Positions 20,424-32,671 of a DNA stretch of 64,000 nt are shown here, piece after piece. Numbering within the stretch: position 1 is the stretch's first letter; the number at the start of each line of letters is the position of its first letter. A program made the translations under genes and the position numbers. Source of the DNA: Treponemataceae bacterium (lineage in GTDB: Bacteria > Spirochaetota > Spirochaetia > Treponematales > Rectinemataceae). The notes under the pieces were generated by a model. That model ran no database searches. It saw nothing but the letters and a program-made list of their open reading frames with translations, and was not told the DNA's origin. Location: NCBI GenBank assembly GCA_963677895.2, contig CAXXGJ010000021.1, forward strand, positions 32,001 to 96,000, read 5' to 3'.

Positions 20424-20789
20424 GGCCCCCATCGCAATACGCCCATACGGGAAGCCGCGCTTCTCGTAAGGACGAATCGCGTGGGGGCCTATGGAACTCG
20501 GGCGCGCTTTACAGCCGTCCGACGTCAGGCTTCACGATGATCCGCGGTGCCACCTTACTTCGGCTCCCCGCGATGGGGGCCGCTCTCGACGCCTTTGACG
20601 GAAGGCCGCCGGAACCGGATACTCGCACCCCGAAGGGGAGGCTTTCACCGGAACTGCTACGGAGTGGTTTTCTTCGGCGCCGCGACGGGATCCTTCCACC
20701 CAGAGGCTCGCGACTACTGCCGCGTGACTGCCGGGATCCCTCTCTCATGACGCTGAGCAAGCCGAATACTTGTCTCCATCATCGCATTT
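20424..20789 (-). ncRNA. T-box riboswitch (Thr, ACC specifier) in the thrS leader
   Basis: Minus strand: GA-motif gatgatggagacaagta, AG box gagagag, distal-loop ggtggaa, specifier gaagaaaACCa (20666-20668), stem II, ccgtca box, T-box aaggTGGCACCgcg (20546-20552), alternative large hairpin 20424-20489. Confidence 0.85.
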
Positions 20790-20926
20790 AGCTAAATATC
20801 CTACGGAGAGCTGCCGAATGTCAAGCATAACACCCGGGCGTCGTCGACCGGATGGAGCCGCTTGCCTCCGGAAATGCCGCCGCTATTTCCAAACACCTTG
20901 TTTATAATTATATTCGTAGATATTTT

Positions 20927-21253
20927 ATGAACAGCATGAATGGACAACTAATGAACGAAGGCCAAACGGTATCCCAGGAGGAACGGATCGTCGAACCGAA
21001 AGAACCCGAGGAGTACAGGGTTCTTCTTTTGAACGATGATTTCACGACCATGGAATTTGTCGTCTCCGTACTCATGACGATCTTTCACAAATCCCTGCAG
21101 GAAGCCAACAAGATTATGATCGACGTACACAGGAAAGGCAGGGGCATCGTCGGCGATTACTGCTATGACATCGCCGCCACAAAAATCAATCAGGTACACC
21201 TGCTCGCGAGGCAAATGGGCTTTCCGCTGCGATGTACCATGGAGAAAGTATAA
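20927..21253 (+). CDS. clpS: ATP-dependent Clp protease adaptor ClpS
   Basis: YRVLLLNDDFTTMEFVV..L, IM.DVH.KG.G, FPLRC; TATAAT at 20903-20908. Confidence 0.95.
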   Translation: MNSMNGQLMNEGQTVSQEERIVEPKEPEEYRVLLLNDDFTTMEFVVSVLMTIFHKSLQEANKIMIDVHRKGRGIVGDYCYDIAATKINQVHLLARQMGFPLRCTMEKV

Positions 21254-21256
21254 GGT

Positions 21257-23632
<2,376 letters not shown>

Positions 23633-23639
23633 AAGCGAG

Positions 23640-24422
23640 ATGATCCGTTTCCTGCGATCCGTACCTTATCTCGATGAAGGTTGTTCCTATTCGTTTCCTT
23701 CAGTGGACGGATCTTCCCCCGAAGGCATCGTGTGCGCGGGAGGCAACCTTTCGCCTGGAGTCCTCCTGTCTTCCTACAGGCAGGGGATTTTTCCCTGGTA
23801 TGGCGAAGGCGACCCCATTCTCTGGTGGAGTCCCAATCCGCGCTTCGCGGTGCTACCCGAGACGTTTCACCTTCCCGACAGTTCGAGAAGGTTATTAAAG
23901 CGCCATGATTTCAGGCTCAGCCTCGACAGGGAATTCAGCCAGGTGATCTCCCGCTGCGCCAGCGTTCAGAGGCCTGGCCAGGACGGTACATGGATTCTCC
24001 CGGAGATGAGGAATGCCTATGAAAGACTCCACGAACTGGGCTATGCCCACTCGGTGGAAGTCTGGCGCGAAGGCTCCCTGGCGGGAGGTCTCTACGGCAT
24101 AAGTCTGGGCGGAGCCTTCTTCGGGGAATCCATGTTCAGTCTGGAAAGCGGGGCTTCGCGCGTGGGCTTTCTCTGTCTCGCGCTGATGCTGTTCGAACAG
24201 GGGTTCACGCTGATAGACAGCCAGGTCCATACGGATTACGTGGCGGGCATGGGGGGCGTCGACCTGCCGCGCGGCGCTTATCTGCGGCGCCTCGAGGCAT
24301 CCCTACCGCAAGGGGACAGAAAAGGCTCCTGGAAAGACGTCTTTCCGCTGTTCCCCGCCTCCAAAGCCCTGGCCGACATCGCCGGCGCCGATAAGATCGA
24401 CGCGAGCCGCGCCGAACCATAG
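23640..24422 (+). CDS. aat: Leucyl/phenylalanyl-tRNA--protein transferase
   Basis: YRQGIFPW, ILWWSPNPR, TWI, GYAHSVEVW, GGLYG, FFGESMFS. Confidence 0.95.
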   Translation: MIRFLRSVPYLDEGCSYSFPSVDGSSPEGIVCAGGNLSPGVLLSSYRQGIFPWYGEGDPILWWSPNPRFAVLPETFHLPDSSRRLLKRHDFRLSLDREFSQVISRCASVQRPGQDGTWILPEMRNAYERLHELGYAHSVEVWREGSLAGGLYGISLGGAFFGESMFSLESGASRVGFLCLALMLFEQGFTLIDSQVHTDYVAGMGGVDLPRGAYLRRLEASLPQGDRKGSWKDVFPLFPASKALADIAGADKIDASRAEP

Positions 24423-24475
24423 AATATTTTACGGTTTTCCCGTACATTTAAGTCAATGACAGGACGTTCAGGACA

Positions 24476-26290
24476 ATGAAAATAATATTCGTGCAGCTGC
24501 CCGTGCAGGATCCCGACTGGAATGACGCGGTGGCCAATGTGCCTTTGGCCGCGGGCTATCTCACCGCCTACGCCGAATCCCAGGGACTGCTTCAAAGATC
24601 GGAATGGAGCATCCTCGATCAAGACATAACCAACTGCGCCTCCGATACAGCCATCATCGAAACCCTCGTGGCCGCGGAGCCCGATGTCGTGGCCTTCAGT
24701 CTCTACGCGTGGAACCTGGAGCGAAGCCTCTATATAGCCGGCAAGGCCAAGGACAGGCTTCCGAGAACCCGGTTTGTCGCCGGCGGTCCCGAAGTGATCG
24801 ACGGCATGCCCATCATGTCCAGGTCCCCCTTCAACGCCCTCGTTTCGGGCGAAGGCGAAATCCCCTTCGCGGAAATCCTGCGCGACATCAAACAGCACCG
24901 GCCTCTCTCCAAACTCTATAAAGCCGAGGGTCTGCTCGATTTGGCGACCCTTCCCAATCCCTATCTGGCGGGCACCCTGCCCATGGTCAAGGACAGCCCC
25001 GTCCATATAGAGACCATGCGCGGCTGCCCCTACCACTGCGCCTACTGTTTTTACGGGAAAAACTACCCCACCCTCAGACGCTATCCCGATGAGCAGGCCA
25101 TCTCCCTCATAAGGAAGGCCTCCCAGGTGGGATCCTCCGAACTGTACATAATGGATCCTTCCTTCCAGTTCGGCGCCGACCTGGAGACGAGGCTGACCGC
25201 TTTCGCGGAAGCGAACACCGCGGCGATTCCGATGCACACCGAGATGAGGCTGGATTCCGTGACGGAAAAGCTGGGCTCCCTCCTGAAATCGGCGGGCATC
25301 GCTTCCATCGAGGCGGGGCTCCAGAGCATCAACCCCAAGGCCCTCGAGGCCGTCAATCGCGGCATGGACAAGGACGGCTTCGTGCGCGGCGCCGAGATCC
25401 TCCAGAAACAGCACATCATCATAAAGACGGGACTCATCCTGGGCCTTCCCTTCGACGGCTATGAGCAGGTCATAGAAACCTTCGACTTCCTCGGCATGCA
25501 TGGTCTCGGCCAGGAAGCGGAACTCTACCCGCTCTCCTTCCTGCCGGGGACGGACGCGAGGGAGAGAGCCGACGAATGGCGCATGTCGCGCATGGAGCTT
25601 CCCCCCTACTGGGTGACGAGCAATGACTGGATATCCGGGGACGACATGATCGACGCGATAGCTTCCTTCGAGGAAAGTTTCGATGTCGAATGGGCTTCGC
25701 CGCCCTCTCCTCATTTTTCTGCCGAAAAGTCCGGATACAAGGCCTTCGTCGATACGAGAAAGCTGGAAAACATCGACTGGATGCGCCTGAATCCCACAAG
25801 GCTGGCCAATTCCGTCACCCTCCTGGCCGACGCCGACGACCCGGAAAGCCTTTCCAGGCTCGTCCGCGCCGCCAGGGATCTGCGGCGGGACAATCCCTAT
25901 ACCCTATACCAGATCATCCTCATGAGCGACACGAGAATACCCTCCGAACGCTTGGTGGAGCGCATCCAGGATGCCTTCATCTATCCGGACCATTATTACG
26001 AACTATCGCATTTCTTCTCGCCCGATCCCCAGGAAGGCTACCAAACGAGGATGTTCTTCGCCACGAAGAATTTCGCCCTCGCCTACAGGGCCATCGAGGA
26101 AGCGCAGGACCTGGAGACGATGGTGATAATATCGGCCAAGGCTGGGTACAACGCCGAAAGGCTCTCCGAGCTCCTTCCCTATGTCATTTTCGACAGGGAG
26201 AGAATCCCCTTCGACAGGCTCTACGAACTGCTTACGCTCTACGCGGACTTTCCCCACATGCTCATCGAGGCGCCCGAGGACCTGTTCTAG
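24476..26290 (+). CDS. B12-binding-domain radical SAM protein
   Basis: N-terminal B12-binding-like region (PLAAGYL, FSLYAWN, GGPE, GEGE); RGCPYHCAYC (CxxxCxxC); GLQS; LILGLP. Confidence 0.88.
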   Translation: MKIIFVQLPVQDPDWNDAVANVPLAAGYLTAYAESQGLLQRSEWSILDQDITNCASDTAIIETLVAAEPDVVAFSLYAWNLERSLYIAGKAKDRLPRTRFVAGGPEVIDGMPIMSRSPFNALVSGEGEIPFAEILRDIKQHRPLSKLYKAEGLLDLATLPNPYLAGTLPMVKDSPVHIETMRGCPYHCAYCFYGKNYPTLRRYPDEQAISLIRKASQVGSSELYIMDPSFQFGADLETRLTAFAEANTAAIPMHTEMRLDSVTEKLGSLLKSAGIASIEAGLQSINPKALEAVNRGMDKDGFVRGAEILQKQHIIIKTGLILGLPFDGYEQVIETFDFLGMHGLGQEAELYPLSFLPGTDARERADEWRMSRMELPPYWVTSNDWISGDDMIDAIASFEESFDVEWASPPSPHFSAEKSGYKAFVDTRKLENIDWMRLNPTRLANSVTLLADADDPESLSRLVRAARDLRRDNPYTLYQIILMSDTRIPSERLVERIQDAFIYPDHYYELSHFFSPDPQEGYQTRMFFATKNFALAYRAIEEAQDLETMVIISAKAGYNAERLSELLPYVIFDRERIPFDRLYELLTLYADFPHMLIEAPEDLF

Positions 26291-27264
26291 TACATAGCCT
26301 TGAGATCGGCTTCGCTGGAGCAGGTTCCCTTCGTGAGATAGTCCCTTATATTCCCCACGGTTATATCTATCGCGCGCAGCGTCGCCTGGTTCGTCGTGCC
26401 GCCCACGTGGGGCGACAGGATTACGTTGGGAAGCTCGTGGATCGGGAATCGCGAAGGCGCGCCGGTCCTGCCCGTCTGAGGATAGGTGTACCAGGTGTCG
26501 ATCGCCGCCGCCCTGAGGATGCCGTCCTTGAGCGCGAGGTAGAGCCCTTCCTCGTCCACGATCGAACCTCTTCCCACGTTCACCAGGACCTTATCCTTCA
26601 TCGTGGCGAGGATTTCCCTGGTCAGCAGGCCGTCGGTGAGGGGCGTCGCCGGCAAGGCGATGAAGACGATCTCGGCTCTGGCGATCGCTTCTCTCAGGTC
26701 AGGTATCACTTCGTCGAAACCCTCGGGAAGCGCCATGCCCGTCTTCCGGCGCCATCCGTAAACCTCGCAATGAAAGGCCTTCAGGAGCTTCGCGAGCTCG
26801 CTTCCTATCGCCCCCGTGCCCAGGATCGCGCACTTTCGTCCAAAGAGACTGTCCCAATTGTCCTCGGCGCCTCGCCTCACCCAGAATCCGTGCCAGAGCC
26901 CTTGCTTGAGGTCGTTGTGGTATTCGACGATGCGGCCGAAGTAGGCCAAGGTCATGGCCAGCGCTTTTTCCGCCACGTCGAAGGCGTTCGCGTGGACATT
27001 GTAGACATGGACACCGCGATCGGCCAGCTGCTTCAGGGGCAGATGGTTGATGCCGGTAAAGGACTGGAAAATGGCCTTCAGCCGCGGCGAGGCGAGGTAG
27101 GTTTCCTTAGGCAGCTGGCCCGCGAGCAGCGCGTCCAGCTCTGTCGCTTCCGGAGCGTCCGGTTTCAGGCCATGGAGGAAGGTATGCTGCGGAAATTCCA
27201 GCCTGAGAGCCTCGATGCGCCCCTCCCAAACGGAATGCTGTGGCATGAACGAGCCGATGATCAT
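26287..27264 (-). CDS. D-isomer-specific 2-hydroxyacid dehydrogenase
   Basis: ILGTGAIG, LPATPLT, LVNVGRG, AAIDTW, SPHVGG; start MIIGSF after an aaaggag SD. Confidence 0.9.
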   Translation of the reverse strand: MIIGSFMPQHSVWEGRIEALRLEFPQHTFLHGLKPDAPEATELDALLAGQLPKETYLASPRLKAIFQSFTGINHLPLKQLADRGVHVYNVHANAFDVAEKALAMTLAYFGRIVEYHNDLKQGLWHGFWVRRGAEDNWDSLFGRKCAILGTGAIGSELAKLLKAFHCEVYGWRRKTGMALPEGFDEVIPDLREAIARAEIVFIALPATPLTDGLLTREILATMKDKVLVNVGRGSIVDEEGLYLALKDGILRAAAIDTWYTYPQTGRTGAPSRFPIHELPNVILSPHVGGTTNQATLRAIDITVGNIRDYLTKGTCSSEADLKAMY

Positions 27265-27494
27265 GATTTGCTCCTTTCGCTTGATTCCGTCTTTCAGGAT
27301 AGAGGGAGATCCGGCCGTTTTCAAGACTCCCGGGAATATTGCGGCAAAAGGTTCGAGAACATGGCCTGATTCCCGCTGGTAGGGCCGGGAAAATGTGATA
27401 TACATTAAGCAAAGGGATTTTTGCCCGGGCCTTTGATGCCGATAAATTAAATATAATATGCATGCCTGCATAGAGTTCCAAGGAGAGGTAGACG

Positions 27495-30269
27495 ATGATA
27501 CAGAAAATCAAGCGCGGACGATGGACAATCCTCGCAGCATTGGCGACGATCTTGCTGGCCGCATCCTGCGCGAGCGCGCCGCCGCCCAAAGAAGTCACGC
27601 TCTCCGATCTCGTGGTCGCCGGCGACATTTCGGCGATCAAGAAGTTCTACGCGAATCAGGAACAGCTCAACATGAAAGATGGGCAGGGTCTGTATCCCCT
27701 TCATTACGCCGTCATGCGGGGAGACGCGCAGATAGCGGAAATTCTGATTGTGCTGGGCGCGAAACCCGACATGCAGGATCCCGCCGGCAAGACGCCCCTG
27801 CGTTACGCGATCGACCGCAAGCAGATTGCGTCGGCAAAAATGCTGGTGGACAGGGGAGCCAATCCCTTCATCAGCGACGCAGCGGGTTCCACGCCCGCCG
27901 AAGCCGTTTTGAACGCCGGCCCTGAGATGATCAACGCGGTTTTCAACGCCAAGAACATCGACGGTTCCGGGCAGGATGGAAGAACCATTCTCCACATGGC
28001 CGCCGACGGCCTCAAGGTAACCGAAACCGGACTGCTTCTGGACCTTGGAGCGTCCGTCCAGAGGAAGGACAAGGCGGAGCGCACCGCCCTCGATCTCGCC
28101 CTCCTCCAGCCCAGGGAAAAGAACGCGGCCATCATTGCGGAAAAGCTCATCCAGAAGGGAGCCAATCCCTCCTTCCCCGAATTCTCCTGGTTCGCCACGA
28201 CGGTCCGTTCGGCCGACTACAACACGGTCCGCTTCAGCAACGGCAACACACCGCTCCACGAAGCCATCTCGCGCTTCCAGCTGGGTTTCGCCGACTTCCT
28301 CCTTTCCAAGGGACTCACGCCCAACATCAAGAATATAGGCGGCGACGCGCCTCTGCACAGCACCGTCAAGACGGGATGGCTGGAAGGTGCCGAACTCCTA
28401 CTAAAGAATGGCGCCGATCCCGATATCAGGGACGGAAAGAACAATACGCCGCTCCATCTGCCTGCTCCGGCCACCCTCAGGCTTCAGGTGACCCAGCTTC
28501 TCCTGCGCTACAAGGCCGACCCCTCCCTCAAGGACCAGGACGGCAACACCGCGCTTCACAAGGCGGTAAAGCTGGCATACGAGCCCATGATCGTCGAGGA
28601 ACTCCTCAAGGCGGGAACACCCGTGAATTCGGCCAACCTCGAGGGAGACACTCCCCTCATGATCTGCGTGAAGGAGGGCAACTACCAGTACGCCGACGCG
28701 CTCATCACCGCGGGAGCCGATGTCTTCCTCCGCAACCTGAAGGACGAAAGTCCTCTCTCCATCGCGGTCGGCAGAGGCACCGAAGCCGTGGATAAAATCG
28801 TGCTGAAAACCAATGTTCTCCAGCGCGACAACCTCGGCAACAGCGTCATCGCCACCGCCGTGGGCATGAAGGGCTCGCCCGAAGTCGTCTCCCTCATCCT
28901 TTCCAAGGGCGGCGATCCCAATATCAGAAACAACTCCGGCGACAACGCCCTCCACGTGGCGGTAAGGCTCAATCTCGCTCAGCAGGGCCTGCTCCTCATC
29001 AACGCCAAGGCGGACATATTCGCCGCCAACGCCACCAAGGACACGCCGGTATTCCTCGCCCTCGCGGCGACCGACGGCCCCTACGACTGGTTCTTCATTC
29101 CCTCCGTCATCACCGCCCGCGACTCCAACGGAGACACCGTGGGTCACCTTGCCGCACGCAAGGATCTGGCCGATGGCCTGGATTACCTGCGCGGCAGGGG
29201 CGCCGACCTCGAGGCTGTCAACTCGGCGAGGGAAACCCTCCTCCACGCCGCGGTGCGCACCGACGCCGCCGAGGCGACGCGCTACCTGATCGCAAGCGGC
29301 GCTTCCCTCACGGCCCGCGACATCAACGGCGACGCTCCGCTCAACGTAGCCGTCCTCGCCGGAGCCAAGACCTGTCTCCAGGTCCTCGTGCTCTCGGGGG
29401 TCGACCTGAACGCCCGCAACTTCACCGGAGAAGCGGCCCTCCATCAGGCGGTACGCAAACAGAACAGCGACTTCGCTACCTACCTCGTGGACCGAGGCGC
29501 CCTGCTCGAGGTGAGGGACAACAGGGGCCTGACGCCCCTGGCCGTGGCCGCCCGCGAGGCCCAGACCTCCATCGCGCAGTATTTCGTGAAGGCGGGAGCC
29601 CGTATCGACGCCCGCGACAACGCCGGTTCCACTCCCCTCTATCAGGCGGTCGAAACCAGCCAGCTCGATCTCATCCGCGTTCTCGTACAGTCCGGAGCCG
29701 ATATCCTGGCCAGGAACGCGGCCGGCGATTACCCCCTCTACGCTTCGCTCAAGAAAGGCCAGTCCGTCCTGAGGGAAATCCTCGGCAACGCCTCCATGGA
29801 CAAGGGAGACTCCGACGGAAAGACGCCCCTGCGGCTGCTCGTCGAGACGAGGGCTTCCCCGGACATGCTGAACCTCGCGCTGAGCCTGGGAGCCGATCCC
29901 TCAAGCAGGGACAAGTTCGCGAATACACCTCTCCACGCGGCCCTGAACCAGAAGGACAACGCCACGGCGGCTCTCCTGCTCAAAGCCAAGGCCGATCCCT
30001 TCGCGCCCAACTATCAGGGCGTGACGCCGATCTCGCTCGCCCTCGCCGACCCCGCCGCTCTCAAGGACTTCGCTCAGGCCGCGGGCCTCGACGCGGCTGA
30101 TGTCCTGGGCGAGGGATTCCTGCACTATGCGGTCAGGACGGGCAGAGGCGACGCCGTAAAGCTCCTTATCGACCTCGGAGCCAACAAGAACGCCAGGAAC
30201 ATCTCCGGCGAAACCGCCTTCGATGTGGCGAAGACCAAGGGCGATACAGCCATCCTGACAATGTTCTGA
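27495..30269 (+). CDS. Large ankyrin-repeat lipoprotein
   Basis: Lipobox LLAASC; more than 20 G.TPLH.A...L...GAD repeats over 924 aa. Confidence 0.92.
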   Translation: MIQKIKRGRWTILAALATILLAASCASAPPPKEVTLSDLVVAGDISAIKKFYANQEQLNMKDGQGLYPLHYAVMRGDAQIAEILIVLGAKPDMQDPAGKTPLRYAIDRKQIASAKMLVDRGANPFISDAAGSTPAEAVLNAGPEMINAVFNAKNIDGSGQDGRTILHMAADGLKVTETGLLLDLGASVQRKDKAERTALDLALLQPREKNAAIIAEKLIQKGANPSFPEFSWFATTVRSADYNTVRFSNGNTPLHEAISRFQLGFADFLLSKGLTPNIKNIGGDAPLHSTVKTGWLEGAELLLKNGADPDIRDGKNNTPLHLPAPATLRLQVTQLLLRYKADPSLKDQDGNTALHKAVKLAYEPMIVEELLKAGTPVNSANLEGDTPLMICVKEGNYQYADALITAGADVFLRNLKDESPLSIAVGRGTEAVDKIVLKTNVLQRDNLGNSVIATAVGMKGSPEVVSLILSKGGDPNIRNNSGDNALHVAVRLNLAQQGLLLINAKADIFAANATKDTPVFLALAATDGPYDWFFIPSVITARDSNGDTVGHLAARKDLADGLDYLRGRGADLEAVNSARETLLHAAVRTDAAEATRYLIASGASLTARDINGDAPLNVAVLAGAKTCLQVLVLSGVDLNARNFTGEAALHQAVRKQNSDFATYLVDRGALLEVRDNRGLTPLAVAAREAQTSIAQYFVKAGARIDARDNAGSTPLYQAVETSQLDLIRVLVQSGADILARNAAGDYPLYASLKKGQSVLREILGNASMDKGDSDGKTPLRLLVETRASPDMLNLALSLGADPSSRDKFANTPLHAALNQKDNATAALLLKAKADPFAPNYQGVTPISLALADPAALKDFAQAAGLDAADVLGEGFLHYAVRTGRGDAVKLLIDLGANKNARNISGETAFDVAKTKGDTAILTMF

Positions 30270-30290
30270 TAAGGAAATCATCATGACGAA

Positions 30291-30322
30291 GAAAAGGGCT
30301 GCCTCGATGGCAGCCCTTTTTA
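30291..30322. terminator. Bidirectional intrinsic terminator
   Basis: aaaagggctgcc-tcgat-ggcagcccttttt between convergent genes. Confidence 0.85.
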
Positions 30323-30367
30323 TTTCGTACTTCGGAAGGCGCATGCCCCCCGGGAATCTACGCTATT

Positions 30368-31390
30368 TCAGGAACCGCACTCCGAAAGCTCCTTTCTCTG
30401 CCTGAGCTTTTCAAGGGCTCTTTCCTGGATCTGGCGGACTCGTTCCCTCGTTATGCCGAGAACCTTGCCTGTTTCCTCGAGCGTATGGGTCGATTCGCCG
30501 GAAAGGCCGTACCGCAGCTTCAATATCGTCGTTTCCCTCTCGCTCAGGTCGCTGAGTATGCAGTCCAGAAGCTCCTTCATCGTCGCGGTGAAGGCTTCCG
30601 AATAAGGATCAATGCCGGTTTCGTCGCTGATGACGTCGGAGAGGGAGGTGCTGTTCTCATCGTCGATGGCTGAATCCAGACTTGCCGTATTCTGGGAAAA
30701 TTCCATGACTTTCAGCACCTTCTGCCTTGTCATGTCCACGCGCCTGGCCAACTCGTCGACTTCGGGAGCCCTGCCCAATTCCTGGGTGAGCTGTTTGGAG
30801 GCGTAATAGCATTTGCGGATCGTGTTGAGCATGTGGACGGGAATTCTGATGACCCTGCCCTGGTCCGCCAGGCTTTTGATTATGGCTTGCCTGATCCACC
30901 AGGTGGCATAGGTGGAAAATCTATAGCCGCGAGCGTAGTCGAAACGGGCGACCGCTTCCAGAAGGCCGATATTGCCTTCATCTATCAGGTCGAGAAGTCC
31001 CAGGCCCCTGTGCTGATAGCTCTTGGCGATGGAGACGACGAGGCGAAGGTTGGAGCTGATCATTATCTGCTTTGTATTGGTCTGCTGCTTTTCCAGCTCG
31101 GCGAGTTCCGCGCCGAAACAGGCGTTCCCCTCTTCGTTGATCCTTGCGCGCAGCGTCCCGATACGTTTCGTCAGCTCCTGGATTTCCTTCCCGATCCGCT
31201 GCTCCTCTTCGGCATTCAGAAGGCGGAATTTCGCTATCTGAAGAAGATAAAGAGAGAGCGGGTCTTTCTCCTCAAAATGGCGTTTTTTCTTGTCGGGGTG
31301 AATCTTGGAAACGTGGAGCGTTTCATGTTTTGAACCCGGGGTTGAAGGAAGAGTATCGCGAGTTTCGCCGGTCGGTTCTTTCTTCGCCAT
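30368..31390 (-). CDS. Sigma-70 family group-2 (RpoS-like) sigma factor
   Basis: Region 1.2 [63 protein letters not shown]; no region 1.1. Confidence 0.9.
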   Translation of the reverse strand: MAKKEPTGETRDTLPSTPGSKHETLHVSKIHPDKKKRHFEEKDPLSLYLLQIAKFRLLNAEEEQRIGKEIQELTKRIGTLRARINEEGNACFGAELAELEKQQTNTKQIMISSNLRLVVSIAKSYQHRGLGLLDLIDEGNIGLLEAVARFDYARGYRFSTYATWWIRQAIIKSLADQGRVIRIPVHMLNTIRKCYYASKQLTQELGRAPEVDELARRVDMTRQKVLKVMEFSQNTASLDSAIDDENSTSLSDVISDETGIDPYSEAFTATMKELLDCILSDLSERETTILKLRYGLSGESTHTLEETGKVLGITRERVRQIQERALEKLRQRKELSECGS

Positions 31391-31435
31391 GGTCCTGCTT
31401 TTTCGAACCTTTCGTCTTGCTGCTGCTCAAACAAT

Positions 31436-31451
31436 AGCATGAGCCGGGCCA
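31436..31451 (-). promoter_or_regulatory. Putative sigma-54 (-24/-12) promoter
   Basis: Minus strand TGGCCCGGCTCATGCT = GG-N10-GC, 45 nt upstream of the ATG; AT-rich tract upstream. Confidence 0.55.
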
Positions 31452-31549
31452 TGTTGGAAGAACAAAAATGAAAATACGATTAAAAATTATGAAAGACTTA
31501 TAGCCGAAAGGTTAAGGTCGCCGCGGCACGGCGAAATTCTCCAGATTTC

Positions 31550-32497
31550 CTAGTCGCGGGGAGCCAGGGCGGGGTCGATGGGCTGGCCGTTCCTGAAAAC
31601 GAAGAAGTAGGCTATGGGCGAACCGTCCTTGGCGTCGAGGCCGATCCTGCCGATCTCCCTGCCCGAGGCCACCACGTCTCCCGTCTTCACGGAAAGGGCT
31701 TCATTGCCGCCGTAAACATAGACGTAGCCGGATTTTGCCTGAATGAATGCCACTTGGTTGAAACCTCTCGACGGTCCCGCCGACACGACGGTGCCGGAGG
31801 CTACGGCTTTGGCCATTTCGCCCGGCTTGACGCGTATCATGATTCCCTCGAGCTTGCCGTCCAGGTACATGGCCTTGCCGGGAACCGGCCAATCCAGCTT
31901 CATATCCACGGCCCTGTCCTGCGTCTTCACGGGATCGGGCATCGGGACATAGGTGGCCGCCGGGACTTCCGGCTTGGCCGCGGTCTTCGCGACGCTCGTG
32001 GTCGTCGTAGCCTTGACCGCGGGACTGATGGTGGTGATCGTCTTGGCGGCGATCGTCGTGGTCGTCGAGGCGGGCGTCAGAGCCAGTGTCGTGGAGGGAA
32101 TGGAAAGCGGCGGCGGGGAAGCGTTTTCGGCCAGCTTCATGCCCGGCACTATCAGCGTGTCCCCGATCTTCAAGACATAGCCGGCGCTGAGCTTGTTGGC
32201 CGCGAGGAGATCGTCGACCGTGACGCCATATTGCCTGGACAGGCCGAACAGCGTCTCGCCCTTGGCGACGACATGGACCGAGGGAATGATGAGGACGGTG
32301 CCGATTCTCAGCTTCGTGGGGTCGGTTATCCCGTTTGCGGCGGCCAGGGCTTCATAGGAGACCTTGTATTTGCGGGAGATGGAATACAGCGTTTCGCCCT
32401 TCTCCAGGCTATGGGTGAGCGGATCGACCGCGAATGCCGGCATCGAGAGAAACATGAGGGCGCATATGGTTATAGTTCTAAATAAAGCTTTCTTCAT
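31550..32497 (-). CDS. LysM x2 plus degenerate M23/LytM domain protein (NlpD-like)
   Basis: Signal peptide; two LysM repeats (H...KGETL...SR.Y.V...L.AAN); Thr/Pro linker; WPVPG, A.ASGTVV, V.TGD.V..G.EIG, PIDP. Confidence 0.88.
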   Translation of the reverse strand: MKKALFRTITICALMFLSMPAFAVDPLTHSLEKGETLYSISRKYKVSYEALAAANGITDPTKLRIGTVLIIPSVHVVAKGETLFGLSRQYGVTVDDLLAANKLSAGYVLKIGDTLIVPGMKLAENASPPPLSIPSTTLALTPASTTTTIAAKTITTISPAVKATTTTSVAKTAAKPEVPAATYVPMPDPVKTQDRAVDMKLDWPVPGKAMYLDGKLEGIMIRVKPGEMAKAVASGTVVSAGPSRGFNQVAFIQAKSGYVYVYGGNEALSVKTGDVVASGREIGRIGLDAKDGSPIAYFFVFRNGQPIDPALAPRD

Positions 32498-32671
32498 TAT
32501 TATTCCTTTTCGAGTATCGGCAGAAAACCTCAAGGCATTGAGGGAGGTTTCGGGAAAAACACGATATCCACATTAAAGTAAATAAGGTTGGCGCAGCCGC
32601 GGTTACGCTCTTTTCATTTTACTTTCAAACAGGTAGAATTATCTATATTATTTCCCAGGAGATTACAAGAC

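Noticed and set aside
20408..20791. Small ORFs upstream of thrS (127, 83 and 67 aa)
   Set aside because: The region is better explained by the T-box RNA; the ORFs lack SDs and coding-like composition
25690..27369. 559-aa + strand ORF spanning the radical SAM end and the antisense of the dehydrogenase
   Set aside because: Arg-rich off-frame reading that overlaps two well-supported genes
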